In this document: positions 39,786-53,900 of the stretch, piece by piece
Numbering within the stretch: the stretch's first letter is position 1
Layout: every line of letters begins with the position of its first letter
NCBI GenBank assembly: GCA_964016885.1
Contig: OZ024741.1
Coordinates: 299,708,001-299,772,000 of the forward strand
Reading direction: 5' to 3'
DNA: 64,000 nucleotides
Origin: Eledone cirrhosa
Lineage: Eukaryota
The notes under the pieces: model-generated
The model's database searches: none
Seen by the model: only the letters and a program-made list of their open reading frames with translations
Told to the model about the DNA's origin: nothing
Position numbers and translations under genes: made by a program

Positions 39786-40042
39786 AGTTTCATCCGTTTA
39801 GAGGAAATGACAACACGTTGGAGAAACTCCAGAGACGCAGGCTTTTGGATCTGCCTAAATAAACGACATATTCATGCACACAGACCCAGGCACGCCCACT
39901 AACACTAACGGTTTCAACCCCCAACACACACGCTATATATATTTATATATATATATATATAACAAAGGAAATGTGGTAAGGAACCAGATGGACTATAACG
40001 CACCAGAGTACTCAAGATTTAGAGTAGTAGAGTGGGAAATAG

Positions 40043-40147
40043 GAAAAAGTATGACCCTGACGGCAGAGCTCAAGCCGTTTCGACGGCTATTTCTGGACTC
40101 AGAAATAGCCGTCGAAATGGCTTGAGCTCTGCCGCCGGGGTCATACT

Positions 40148-40151
<4 letters not shown>
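40043..40151. repeat. ~52-bp-arm foldback
   Basis: gaaaaagtatgaccc..gctatttctg / gact / cagaaatagc..gggtcatacttttc. Confidence 0.85.
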
Positions 40152-40179
<28 letters not shown>

Positions 40180-40189
40180 CATCATCATC

Positions 40190-40435
40190 ATCATCATCAT
40201 CATCATTTTACGTCCACTTTTCCCTGCTTGCAAGGGTGGGACGGGAACTGATTCTGGCTTGATTTCTACAGCTGGATGCCCTTTCTAACACCAACCTCAT
40301 TTACAGTGAGTGCTGGGTGGCTTTTGCCGTGGCACCTCCACGACTACTTTGCAGTGGAATGATAGGGACCCCAGTCCTATCATCTCATTTCTACAGCTGA
40401 GTAAACTGGAGCAATGTGTAATAAAGTGTCTTGCT
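40190..40435 (-). mobile_element. SINE fragments with (ATG)n tail
   Basis: Minus strand has ggttggtgttagaaagggcatccagctgtagaaa and ends gaaaagtggacgtaaaa(tga)n; a CORE-like piece lies at 40385-40435. Confidence 0.5.
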
Positions 40436-40650
40436 CATCATCATCATCATCGTGTATATAAATAGATATACCGTATATTGGTTGATTATATGTCATGTTA
40501 ATACTTACATTCATTATTATCGATAGTATTATCTCACACTCACTCGCTCTCTCACTCTCTGATTCTTTCTCTCAGGCTCTCTACATAACCCCTCTCTCTC
40601 TATATATATATATTTATATATACTTGCGTACATATATAGATGGATATTCA

Positions 40651-40684
<34 letters not shown>

Positions 40685-40722
40685 AGGAAGTTATAGTCCA
40701 CTTGAAGCATTGTGTAATGCGG

Positions 40723-41104
40723 TATAAACGTTTGTATTTGTAAAGCCAAAACAGTGCAAATGGATATAGAATATAAATGCAAATGCAAAAGATATTGTTG
40801 ACAATTAGTCTTTTACCTAAAATGTATTTAAATGTCCTTAACTTTGGAGATAATATCTCTTCTTCGGAGGGAAGTAAAGCGGTTAAACCAGCGTTCTAAA
40901 TAGCTTGCCAAGTCATGACTTGGCAAGCTATTTAGAACGCTGGTTTAACCGCTTTACTTCCCTCCGAAGAAGAGATATTATCTCGAAAATTAAGGACATT
41001 TAAATTAATTTAAGGTAAAAGACTAATTGTCAACAATATCTTTTGCATTTATATTGTATGCCCATACCTGCATTGTTTTGGCTTTACAAATACAAACGTT
41101 TATA
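40723..41104. repeat. ~380-bp spacerless palindrome with a minimal hammerhead-like motif in the arms
   Basis: Centre agtca|tgact at 40915/40916; perfect from 40847 to 40984; outer arms diverged. Confidence 0.9.
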
Positions 41105-41171
41105 TATATATATATATGTGTGTGTGTAGCTACACCTGGGTGAACCTACAATAACTTCCCGTTACACTCCC

Positions 41172-41233
<62 letters not shown>

Positions 41234-41931
41234 TGTGTGAGTGTGCGTGTTTCTGCGTCTGCATGTGAGTGTGTGTGTGCGTACGTATATATCTATACAT
41301 TTCCCCTTATGTTTTTCTCTAGAAAATACACAGGCTAATTTTTAAATCAACTTCGTTTATTACTGATGTGACCCCCCCCCCCCCCATCTCTCTCTCAGTA
41401 CATATATATCTTTATTACTCCTTCAATATCCCTTCATCTGACTTTTTTCTCGCTCTCTCTGCCCCACCCAACACTTCCGTTCAAACTTCTTTTTCCTCAT
41501 TTTGAGATCTAACTACCTATCGGATCAGTCGTCCTCACCACCTTTAAATTGTTTGTTAATACTTATTCCAGGACTTATGCCCCAAAACTTGTATCAATTT
41601 GTCAATGTTCTCTTAAGATTACTAACCACACTTATGTGGTGTGTTTTCGATTGTTGCTTTTCCTCTACCATATCGGTATGTCAATATTTTCGATGTGTGT
41701 GTGGAGGAGGTGTCGAACCTCCATTGTATATTCTTTCTCAAATGTCCTGGTTTCAATGCGTTCGAAAATAACATGAAACACAGAAGACAGCTGATGACCG
41801 GGAATCGTGTTTTTGTTTGTGTCTTCCGTGACATCTGTCCCGCTTTTTACCCACGCGTCATTATATTTTCTATTACCGACACTTCACTATAAATATATAT
41901 ACATATATATATTTTACACAAACACATACAC

Positions 41932-42061
<130 letters not shown>

Positions 42062-43126
42062 GTATGGGTTATATCGAATAATAAGGGAAGAGGACTCTGG
42101 CCTAGGGCGCGGCTATATTGATACTGATCCCCGAGGACAACAAGATAACAAAAGTATTCCCTTGGTAAATGATCCGTGACACCCACTGCAACAGCACCCC
42201 CCCCCCCCCATCCCCAGCTGAGTGGACTGCAACTGTGTACAAGAAATTATCTTGATTCAGACCAGAACGTCAGCCAAACTTTATATCAACGCAATTTCAC
42301 AGCTCAACGATAACGAAAACATTACAAATACGAACAAAACAGCAATAAATCAAAATAACTGAATATACGATGTATTAATATCCCAGAAATAAATATTTTT
42401 ATGGGGATTGACAAATACTACTAATGTCGATCCATATTTAGATATAGGATAATGAAAATACTTGTTTACAGCATAGGCTGAAAGACACAATCTTTAGGGT
42501 AGGTGGGGGAATCGAGTAAATTGAGGCTTGTACTTTACTGATACTATATGTTAATGATCCCGGAAGGAGGAAAGGCAACGTTGACATGGACGAGATATGA
42601 ACTCAAAATGTCATACCTAGGGATAATTGCTGCTAAGCATCTCTCCAACGCTCTAACGATTCCGCCAAATGCACCGACCTACTGACTGTAAGATGCATCA
42701 ATATTATCAGCAAAAAAGTTAATGAATTTTTTTAGGGAAATGGTAATTTTCGCTGATGATGTTATTTAATGTTTCTATATTCAGACATGAGGTTGATAAA
42801 AATATTGATAATGATAATAATAATAATATCAACAATATTCTATCTTAATGTGAAGCATAATGATCAGGTGTGTCTGGTAGGAGTGATTTTCAGGATGTAT
42901 CTGCCATTATGTGAAGGAAATGACAGAGAGACCTAAATCTAATACGAGGAACTAGTGGTATAGCTGTTAGTTAAGTGCCATTTAACTTCATATCTGCAAC
43001 AGCATTTTGACGAACGATTAAATCAATAAATATATAAACACATACTTATAATTATATACATATGCATACAAGAAAGGTTACACACTCTTACGTATTTGTG
43101 AATACACACACACACATTTACACTCA

Positions 43127-43173
<47 letters not shown>

Positions 43174-44127
43174 TATATACATATATTATATTCAAACACA
43201 CACACATACACACACACATATATATATATAAATGCGTGTTTATCTTTTTATCGATCAAAACGTATGTTTAGCTCTTTCTCTCATCTTCTCTCTCTCACAC
43301 ACACGCTCTAAATATATATATATATATATGTGTGTGTGTATGTGTGTGTGTGTGTGTGTGTGTGATGTGTATGTCTGGATGTATGTGTGTATATAACCGA
43401 TTTTAAGTATAGCTTTAGTAACACCACGAAACAGGTCAAGTGTTATTAACAGAGAAGAAGGATTGCGTCAACAATATCGACATTTTCAAGGTTATATTAT
43501 GGAGGGTGCGTTGATAGTAGTAAAGTAACACTAACAGCAGCAGCAGAAGTAAAACAGTGTTCTCTACTAAGCTGTTCTCACATGAGTAGCAATTTGGAGA
43601 AAGGTGAAGGGATAAGCTTTGAAACATATTTCGTTTCAGTTTTCCATATTCTGCTACGAAGCCAATCAGACGCAGTTAATGATCGCTCGTGCTACGTTAG
43701 TAAGTTGTGGCTTCCTACCACATCATGTACTAATAAGACTAGTAATATATTCTATCGAGACATGTTTAACACTCAAGCAGAGTATAAGTCTTAGGCTGTA
43801 GTAATTTCAGTCCTCCTGAGATTTTCCAAGTAGATATATTCTGAAATTCGCTTATTTTTAAACTTTCGAAATTTCTTTGTGATTGCTTCATGGAGATAAT
43901 GGGAAAAAAGCAAACACCTAAATAAATAGTAATCTCTATTAATTCCATATATGATGGTGAGTGTTATAAACGATACAATCCACGTCACTACTAATAAGTC
44001 CTCCATCATTATTCGAGTTAAAATCATGCCGTTGATGCATTTACAACATATGCATCCATATAATCGCTCAAACTAATGTAATGGATCCTCCGGCAACTTA
44101 CAAATTCCAGAAATCATTATTCTAGGT

Positions 44128-45580
44128 AATTCCGCCGAGGTTTACTTTACCTTTTATCCTTACGGGGGTCGATAAAATAAAGCACCAGTAATACACTGGG
44201 ATAATTGCTGGCCTTGTGCCGAAAGTAGAAACAATTACTCTAGGTAAAGGGCGGCGGATTGGTAGTATCGGTAGAGGGTCAGGCGGTATGATTTGCAGCA
44301 TAGAGTTACGGCCCTGTATGATCTGATTTCAAATTCCGCCGAGATTAACTTTGTATTTTATCCTTACGTAATCGATAAAATTAAGGACCTTGTGCCGAAA
44401 GTAGAAATAATTATTTCTTGGTAAAATAGTCTTACCAATAAATATATTACAGGATATCTGATTAAATGCTTTACTTTATATGATTTCAGTCGCTTACATT
44501 TGATATAACGTCATGTCAAAAACACCCTGTTCTTCCTATACTCGACTCAATACATATTTCAAATTTCATAAAATATGTGGTCTTGTGAAAGACTGACGTT
44601 TATGGTTGCTGCTGAAATACGCTTGATGTTTTGTTCTTAGTACAGTATCAGCTGTAATCATTATGTGATTTCAATAACACTCATAAGAAATATACATACG
44701 TGTCCTAATCTAATTTGCCATCCAGTAAACATGTGAAGCTTCAAACTTATGCAACATATAAAAACCTTGGTTTTATTAAAGAAATATTGATTATCATTTC
44801 ATTTAAGATTAATGGGTGTGCTACAAAAAAGTCTGAAAATAAAAAAAGATTTCATCTAAAAACATTTTATTAGGTGCCTCTATCGAATCATTCGTCTCTT
44901 TACGTAAAAAAAATAAACGAAACAAAAATAAGTTGCTGGACTTCTGCCTAAATTATTATTATTATGAGCAGCATAGAGTTATGGCCCTTTACGTTCTGAG
45001 ATCAAATCGCACCGAGGTAAGCTTTACCTTTCATCCTTACGAGGTCGATAAAATTAAGCACCAGTAATGAACTGTGGACGATTTAATCGATTTTCTCCTC
45101 CCCTTCAATTTGTCGGCCTTGTGCCAAAAGTAGAGACAATTATTATTTTTACTAGGCGGTTTAGCATTAAGAGTATGGCATCGGACAACATGATTTCTGT
45201 CATAGAGTTACGGGGCTTTACGCTCTGATTTCAAATCACGACATTACTAGCTTTGCCTTTCATTGTTACTGGGTCGATAAAATAATTGTTTCTACTTTTG
45301 GCACAAGGCCAGCAAACACCCAGTGCATTACTGGTACTTTATTTTATCGACCACGTAAGGATAAAAGACAAAGTTAACCTACACGGGATTCGAACTCAGA
45401 CCGTAAATGGACGTAACTGCTGGAAAACATGGCGTCCGACTCTCAACCGATACTGCCAATTCCCCGCCCTGGGTCGATAAAATAATGCACCAAAAATGTA
45501 ATTGGGTCTATTTAATTTACTCAGCTCTCCCTCTAAAGTTGTTAGCCTTGTGCCTACACCAAAAACCATTATTATTAATT
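44128..45580. mobile_element. Cluster of about 6-7 copies or fragments of the dominant SINE in both orientations
   Basis: Plus copies at ~44128-44237, 44247-44413, 44965-45146, 45155-45285 and 45470-45575; minus copy at ~45283-45465. Confidence 0.8.
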
Positions 45581-45959
45581 CACACAAGTTTCTTCTCGAC
45601 AGCTTACCAAACATTTTGTGCAGAATTTATGGAATTTATTTCAAGAATGTCATCCTCTTTTTTCTGCAAAATGCTGAATCTCGACATTTGCCTCTTAGGG
45701 CTACAATAAGTTTTTGAATAAAAGTCGTCCCAATTTTTCAGCAACAAATCTATGCAAAATGCTATTCTCATCATCACTTTCGCAGAGCGGAATAGCCGAA
45801 AATGTTTGCTCAGTGAAAAGAGCTTCCAAATAGCATTTCTTACTGATGGATATTATTCTAAATATCCACTGCTAACTAAGGGATTAGCAGCAGTCGCTGC
45901 AGAAACTGTATTTGAAGTTGGTAAATATCGAGAAAAATACACTATGAAAAAATGGCACT

Positions 45960-47050
45960 AAAAGCAGCAATACTAACGTTACTATCTATGACAAAAAACG
46001 TAAAAGATCCACCCATAACACCTCCACCATCAACACACCGACAAACCGCATCCATCCAACAGCCATCACCAACATCACCATATAGACCATTCACAGAACA
46101 ACCACAAACATTAGCGTTAAGCGTTTAATGTAGTCACCACCGCCACCACTGAAACTAGAAATGAATTCGCTACCATAGTTACATTTGCTATCACTAACAC
46201 TAATTCGACTATGATCGGTTGGTCATTTGCCAAAACAGCCAGGAGAAATTACCGAAGAGAAATTTACCAGAGCAATGCAATTTTCAAAAGAGACAGTCGA
46301 ACGTGCAATTGGCTATGGGGAGCAGGTTCCCGACGACCCAGAAAAACGACTGTGGCATACTGCTGATTAGACGCCAGATCCAACAAACTTAAATGAGCAA
46401 AAATGGAACAAATTGGGACATTAATTCCTAGATAACGAGAAGGATATGTTTTAGCACACTGGAGGAGATATTTTCAGATAAAGGTGAAGCAACGCCACAA
46501 TCCACTACCACTTTAAAAAGCGAAAAATTCACTATCGTTCCATTTTAAGCCTGGAAAATGATCACAGGAATAAAAATAATGGGTAAAGCGTGAGAAATAA
46601 ATATCTGTTGGTTGGTAGTGGTTATTTTGGCGTGGTCAAACCGAAATATTTTAAGTACACCACCTGAAAAAGGCAGACAAGAGTATAAAGATTCTGATCC
46701 ATACCGACCACAGGAATTTGGAAGCTATTCCCGACCTCATTTACCTGTCGAGTGGCACCTTTCTCTACGGCATTTTGGAGGATAGAAGGTCACGATGTCC
46801 TACGTGCGGCACGAACACATTTAAAGGCAGAATAGTTGCGAAAATTGGTACTTCCGAACCCTAACTCTTCGCAATATCAGCAGCAGTAGCAGTGAATCCA
46901 GGCAAAAGACATGCACCAGCAAGAAAGGAAGTTCACAACAACAAAAACAACAGCAGAGACAGAGACAGCAACACCATCTACCCCAACATCGGCAACAGCA
47001 CCCGCCAACCACAACACAACTACTGACGACCTGATTTTCCCCCAAATTCT
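45960..47050 (+). pseudogene. Degenerate ORF1/gag-like homolog of 831-1708 with a CCHC knuckle
   Basis: 46501-46630 translates STTTLKSEKFTIVPF*AWKMITGIKIMGKA*EINICWLV, aligning without gaps to SMASLRSDDFTLVPSYWGQRLVKIRVTHVPPAIDIPWLI. SFAKTA at 46223; RRSRCPTCG..HLKAE at ~46785-46835. Confidence 0.65.
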
Positions 47051-47473
47051 ATCATTCGGATACATTGTGTGGCGAAGGAGACGAATGTAGGGATTGGCAA
47101 ACTATTTCAGAAAAGGGTCAACTATCAATAGCTGTTTGCGGATGGATACTTAACTATAAAAGCATACATTTCCGCTGCCTCCTATAATTATCTTTTTGTA
47201 TTATAAAGCAAATATTTTTATTTTTATCTGTCATCACATAATCTTAAATATTTGGTTCATTAATTTGTAAATACATTATATTACTACTTTTGTTTGTTTG
47301 TTTGATCATTTCATCTTTTCTCTTCTTCTCATCTTTATTCCTAACTGATTTTCGATACCAGTTCAAATATTGTTCTTTTTCTTCCAACACTTTATTGCAC
47401 ATATATTTCATTTAATCCTTCTTCTCTCACTTTCCCCCTCTACATATGTTCACTTCAATTTCTCCCCACTCCA

Positions 47474-47480
47474 CTACTAT

Positions 47481-47513
<33 letters not shown>

Positions 47514-47524
47514 CACCACCACCA

Positions 47525-47561
<37 letters not shown>

Positions 47562-47660
47562 CACGACGACGACGAAGACGACGATGAGGAAGACGACGAG
47601 GACGACAACTACTACTGCTACTACTGCTGATGATGATGACGATGCTACTTCTACTACTAC
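47474..47660. repeat. Compound trinucleotide microsatellite (ACT/ACC/ACG/ATG)
   Basis: Directly visible. Confidence 0.9.
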
Positions 47661-48516
47661 CTCACCACCCCCAACACTAACACCAATTTTACCACCAACA
47701 ACATGGCTACTAATACTGTTTTATCCCCAGACATCTGTGTCATGTTCACGTTACTCTTACTCCGCTGCCTTCTACTTTTTTCCTTTTTGTTATTGTTTTT
47801 CTTCTTGTTCTTTTTATTCTATTCAGTTTAGGTGAGATATTTGATGCAAAGTATGGCCATATTAAACAGAGATGAAAACTATATCGATTGATAAACTGAG
47901 AGAGAATGCTGTTATTTGTCGTTGTTTAGTTCCCTGCTTCAACAGGATATAGCAAACATGGTTAGTCAAAAATGTTCCAGCTCGGCCTACCTTGGTTCTG
48001 ATATAACGATGCATATCAAGGAAAACATTTCCCAGCATGTCTCAGGTCAAGGAGAGTGATATAGTGAAGTTGATAATTTTATCTGACTGGCATTTCTAGT
48101 AAGTAGAGCGTTTGGGAATATATTTTCTCATCGGATTGATAAATTATGTGAAACCCGCTAGCAAGATGTTTTTGTAAGATGATTTTTATGCATAACTAAT
48201 CTATATCATTTTCCTTTTCCCAACTCAGTTGTTAGTTCTTAACACTCAAAAGAACCAAATATATGCTCTTCATAACATATGCAAGAATCATATAAGCGCA
48301 AAAGTGTTTCTAAAAGCTTTTAAGGGTAAAGAAAAAATAATCTATACTTTGGTTTGATTGACAGATATGGCTTCAGAATTATTCTTAGCCTATCCGCCTG
48401 CCAAATATAATTCTAAGATCCATTGAATTTGATGTGACAAAAGCTGTGACAAACATATCCCCGAGCACAAACAGACAAACACACACACACACATATATAT
48501 ATCGTAAATATATAAA

Positions 48517-48570
<54 letters not shown>

Positions 48571-48766
48571 CATATAGGTAGAAAGATAGATAGATATACA
48601 TCATGTAATGATAAATAACAAATTAAGCACAGCCACACTTATGCTACTTTCAATAACGCTTGAGTAAAACAGTTTTTATACGTCGTAAGGCTATTTCTAA
48701 ACGCCGACGACTAGGTTTAGTAAGACAAACAAATGATTTATGAATGTTTACCAAAAGCTATGTATA

Positions 48767-49645
48767 CGAGGTGTGTCAGAAAAGTTCCAGGACTGATGTC
48801 ACAGAAGATTCATTTCAAACCCAAATTTCACACTAACAGTTTTCTCCTTCAAATAATCCCCTTGGAGTCTAAGGCACTTTTTCATCCTTTTCTGTCACGC
48901 TTGCATGCACTACTGGAAGGATTCTTCCGGGATCCTCCGCAGTTCCGTCGTCACGGCCTTTATAATGTCGTCCACGTCTTGAAAACGGGTCCCATCCGGG
49001 TCGTACTCGAAGATCCATGACTCATCACCGGTGATAACTGTCCCTAGCAAGTCTGGTTCGGTTTCCAGACGCTCGAGGATATCCTGGCACACTTGCATGC
49101 GTCGACCCTTCTGGTCATCGTTCAGCCGTGTTGGCACCATCTTCGCGCAGACTTTACGCATGTCCAAATCTTCAGTGAGAATCTTCCAGACGCTGTCCCA
49201 ATTCATGCCCAGCTCATTTGCCATCAGTCGATCGCCACGCACCATCTACCTGACGCGGTCAACGTTGACCTCAGTCCTGGTTGTTGAGTGCCTTCTGCTC
49301 CTGGAGTCTTCTTCCACGTCCTCGTGTCCTTCTTTAAACCTCTTGCACCACTCACAAATACGTGAGCGTGTCATTGTCTCATCTCCATACACTTGCTGCA
49401 GCAATCCCAGTGCTTCGGACGGAGTTTTCAAGTTTGTTCGTTGCTCTGTGCTCATTGCTTGACGACCTGAAACAGAGAACATGTATATAAAATTATGAAG
49501 AAAAAAGTGTGATCGCTGCAGAGAGCTAAGGTTACAGTTACATACTCCAGAGGGATTACTTTGAAGGAGAAAACTCTCAGTGTAACGTTTGGGTTTGAAA
49601 TAAATCTTCTGCAACATTAGTCCTGGAACTCTTCTGACACACCTC

Positions 49646-49646
<1 letters not shown>
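48767..49646 (-). mobile_element. Tc1/mariner (irritans-like) internally deleted element with TA target duplication
   Basis: TIR cgaggtgtgtcagaa-agttccaggact at both ends with TA at 48765-48766 and 49647-49648. Transposase pieces WCKRFKEG, RSRRHST, MRKVCAKMVP and VITGDESWIFEYDP are joined directly to GTRFQDVDDI, so the catalytic core is deleted. Confidence 0.93.
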
Positions 49647-49687
<41 letters not shown>

Positions 49688-50619
49688 CTATGTATAAATG
49701 TATGTCTATACACCCATACACACACATATATATATATATTTCGTGTGTGTGTCTGTGTGTGTGTGTGTACAGAATACTGTTCCACATAAAGAAAGTTAGA
49801 GTTGTAACCATTTGGTGAATATCCCATCGTTACTCTATTTTCAAAGTGTAATTTGCCAATTCGATATTAGCCGACTAAATCTTGTCCACATTAACATGTT
49901 GTAATTTAATGTATTGTTGTAATCGAAACATGGTGATTATTTTTGTTTCTTTAGTCAGTTTCCTGGATTCAGATAAAACCATTATACAGGCCAATCATTA
50001 AATATATTTGGCATATATCATTACCATACACGCGTACCGACGCATGAATTCTGTGTGATATGTTGTAGAAAGAACCCTTTTAGAAGCCAATCAGTTGGAC
50101 TTTAATAGTATTTCAAAAAAATCATCAGCATTGTAAAACATTCTGTCATGCTGTATCTCACCTAAAATTACGTTACGGTTACAAGTGCTGATCTGAGGTT
50201 CAGTTGCATACACGCTAATTACATAAGCCTGCTGTTCTGTTGATTATATAACGCGAAAGCTCCAAAATATAGTTGTAGTTCTTTAGTACTAACGTAGGTT
50301 GGTGGATTGGCATAATCGGCAGAACATCAAACAAACTGCTTTGCAGCATTTGTTCCGACGCTTACGTTCCGCTTTCAAATCGATAGAATACAGTACCACT
50401 AACGCACTGGAGGTCAATTTAATCGACTTTTTCTTCCTTCAAATTGCTGGCCGTGTGCCTAAATCAGAAACCATTATTTATTTAGTCCTAGTCCAGGAAT
50501 AAGATACTTAATATTCACTACGTGATCATTTCGTCTTTTTTAACGCCAAGTTTAGGCAGGATTACATTAGTACTTTATAACTATTACATCGTGCATTGAT
50601 GTACGGGAACAATGTTACC

Positions 50620-50750
50620 TCCCTTTATGATCTGAATTCAAATCCCGCCGACGTTAACTTTGCCATTCATCCTTACGGGGTCGATAAAATAAAGTACCAG
50701 TAATGCAGTGGGATAATTGCTGGCCTTGTGCAAAAAGTAGAAACAATTAT
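50620..50750 (+). mobile_element. Dominant SINE, 3' two-thirds
   Basis: gaattcaaatcccgccg..cattcatccttacggggtcgataaaataaagtaccag..gtagaaacaattat. Confidence 0.8.
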
Positions 50751-50802
50751 GGTATAATAGCGATTTTATTTATGGAATATATCATGTAAATACATTTTAA
50801 TA

Positions 50803-50965
50803 GAAAAAGAAAAAAAGAAAAAGGAAAAAGAAAAACGAAAAAGTAAAAAAGAAAAAAGAAAAAAGAAAAAAGAAAAAAGAAAAAAGAAAAAAGAAAAAAG
50901 AAAAAAGAAAAAAGAAAAAAGAAAAAAGAAAAAAGAAAAAAGAAAAAAAGAAAAAGAAAAAAAAA
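50803..50965. repeat. Polypurine (GAAAAAA)n heptamer repeat
   Basis: Regular aaaaaag units, almost purely purine on the plus strand. Confidence 0.92.
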
Positions 50966-53900
50966 ATTTAGATTGCGAAGGAAATAGGAAAATATTGTTT
51001 CTAACATATGTAATTAGGTTTCCTCTGTGTAGGAGGTAAAGCGTGGTGGGGTATGGTATTGTCATCACCTTTGAGAGATAGAGTAAGGGATGATAGCTTA
51101 TCAAATCCGTACGATAGCATTGTCAATGTAGATTAACCATGTGTCTAGTAACGTTCAGTAAATTCATAAAGTAATACAATCAATCTAATAAAAGCCTACG
51201 CGAAATTGCTAAATTGAACTTAGTAATTAAATTTCACATAGAATACTATTATTACCGTTTAAATTAATATTTCTGTTTGTGTAAAGCTATAGAATTCCTA
51301 ACCTACCAATAAAATATAATACCAATTAGGAACACTCTTTACTTCAAATAGTCATCTCTTTCCCCTCATTTTCACTTCATTTGACCACTCCCTTCCCCAA
51401 TTTCGCAAGATTGTCTGTTTGATATTTTAAAAGCATATTTCTTAGATTTTTCTCTCCTATATTCTTTAATTTCTAACACTTTCCCCTACAATCTATTTGC
51501 AGCTACTTATTTAGTTACAAAAACTCAACTGTTGACCTTGTGATAAAATAGGCCATTAAACGAAACTGAAAATAATCACTCTTCCCCCAAATCATGCCTG
51601 TTCACATGCTCCAATCGTGATCTTATTCATGTTTCACTTGCCCATTTATATTTTGATTATGAATTTTAAAAATATTTTTAGAGAATATACCTGTACTTTT
51701 CCTTCGCATAAATAATATGAAAGTTAAGACAATTATTGTTTCTCCTGGAAAATTTGAAAAGGCAGCAGATGTGTTGTAATATCATATATAGTTAAATATT
51801 TAGAAGTTCTTAATATAAATCAAATGAATAGCCTATTATAGAATTTACTTAGTTGCAGAAATACAATAATATATATTTAATGATGTTCTTGAAAATGTGT
51901 ATTAAGTTTTCATTGTATAAAATGTCAAGTACAGTAATTGATCGCCACTCTACCTATTACAAATGAATTAGATGTATAAGATTGTGTACCCAAAGAAAGG
52001 TCTGTGGACGCAGCATAAGCGAATAGGTAAGAATTTCGCGTCGCAATTATAAAGTCCCGGGTTCGATTTCACTGGTTAACGTCTTGAGCAAATGTCATCT
52101 ACTATAGTCTTGGGACAACTCGTGCTCTATGAATGAATTTAGTTAGACGTACACTTTTAGGTGACCATCAGATACACTGTAACTGTTATTCTAGGGACCT
52201 GACATGCCATACACTGTGTTCCCCTACTATCTTCTGGAGAATTATATTAAATGCACACATATCTGTGAAAGGCTCAGCCACTTACACGGTAATGTGCTGA
52301 ATAATCGAACAACTGACAAACTAATTTTAGAAATCGACAGAGATCCATTCCATATCTTCTTAGTTTCTTGGCAATCTTCTAACCTGCAATTATCCGTAGA
52401 TATCTTTTCGGCAAAATGTGTTGTTTGATTTGTTGATGCTCATCTCATTATTGGTAATATTTTTTAAATGATGGAAAGAATAATAATTAAAGCCAAACAA
52501 ATAACGATAACTAGATGGTGGATTGATAGATAAAAACAAATTATGTTGGTTAAAAGTTAATTAATGTAGGGTAATGTTATAGGCATTGCAAACTTGTACT
52601 ACTACTACTATTACTTCTACTACTACTAATACTACTACTACTACTACTACGTCAAAATCGGTTGGTAACTGACAACAGTGAAATTATTAAATGTTTCATG
52701 TTGAATCTCGATTTACTGAGTCATTGACAAATATGTTTTTATTCGTTTATTGTATCACAAGACAACTCTGATCTCGCAAAACATCACCTTTTTATTTAAG
52801 TATAATACCACTTTCATGAATGACATTGTACCATGTCATTTCTTTAAATGGCAAAGGACAATTCAAGGGATCATTTACTGATAACTCTGGAAGATTAAGT
52901 AAATGCATAGAGGCATTTCATGGTAGAGCTTTTCAAACATTAAAAATATATGTAACCCACTTGATATACCATCAATCAATTCCTCAAATTTAGTAGAATT
53001 GTTCATAATGTCTTGAGTCAATTTAATTATTTTGCGATCCATAAATGGGACGTAACTCGCTATTTATTGAACCCGAGTCTATCGTATTCTAGCACGTCAT
53101 AACAATTATCTTTAAAATACCACTTGTTTAATATCATTGAAATTAGTTTTCTTTAATTTCATTCAATACGTATTCAGTTATTATATCAGATAGATAGAAT
53201 AAACGTGTGAATGAGTATTACAGATCAGGCTCATGGAATGAATGACGGTCTGGGCTACAAATGATGTTTTAAACATTCCCAACTGATATGTCGGTATTTT
53301 CGGTATCATCAAACATATCCATCAACAATATAGCTTGTTGTTAACGGCCTTGATACGGTGATTATTTAGTATTTATATGGTAATATATCGTTTAAATTAA
53401 AGGCGAGTGTTTAAACAGTCGTTAAGATTGGAATTGTAATGATCAAAAGTCTTACTGATTGAAGTTCTGTATTTAAGCATTCCTTAGTGACCAAGGTAAT
53501 TGAACTAAAAGATGTAAAGAAAAACCCACAAAAGCACACTTTTAAAGACATTAAACCGTAATACAGATTAAACTACCATTTACGTTAAAATGTTATAACG
53601 CCAAAGTATTATTAATTAGAATCCTAAGGATAGTTAATTGATAGAAATTGATAGAATGCTTCTCTCGCAGTGAGGTTTGCAGTATACGTTACTAATTTAC
53701 ATAGAGGATAAATCCGTCATGTTATGACCAGGCGTCAATATGTTAAGTGAAATAATACATAATCCCATTTATAACACTCGATTATTTAGTGATATATACG
53801 CAACAAAAACAGGGTAGTCATGTCTGGAATGTCTTTGATAAAGCAACAACAGATGTTGTTAAATCGAGCTAGTTTTTCTTTGTTTATAAATTAAAAAAAA

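Noticed and set aside
41786-41842. gacag-CTGATGA...ctgtc (and acagCTGATGA on minus near 63135-63145)
   Set aside because: The GAAA and cleavage triplet cannot be placed convincingly; at most a remnant.
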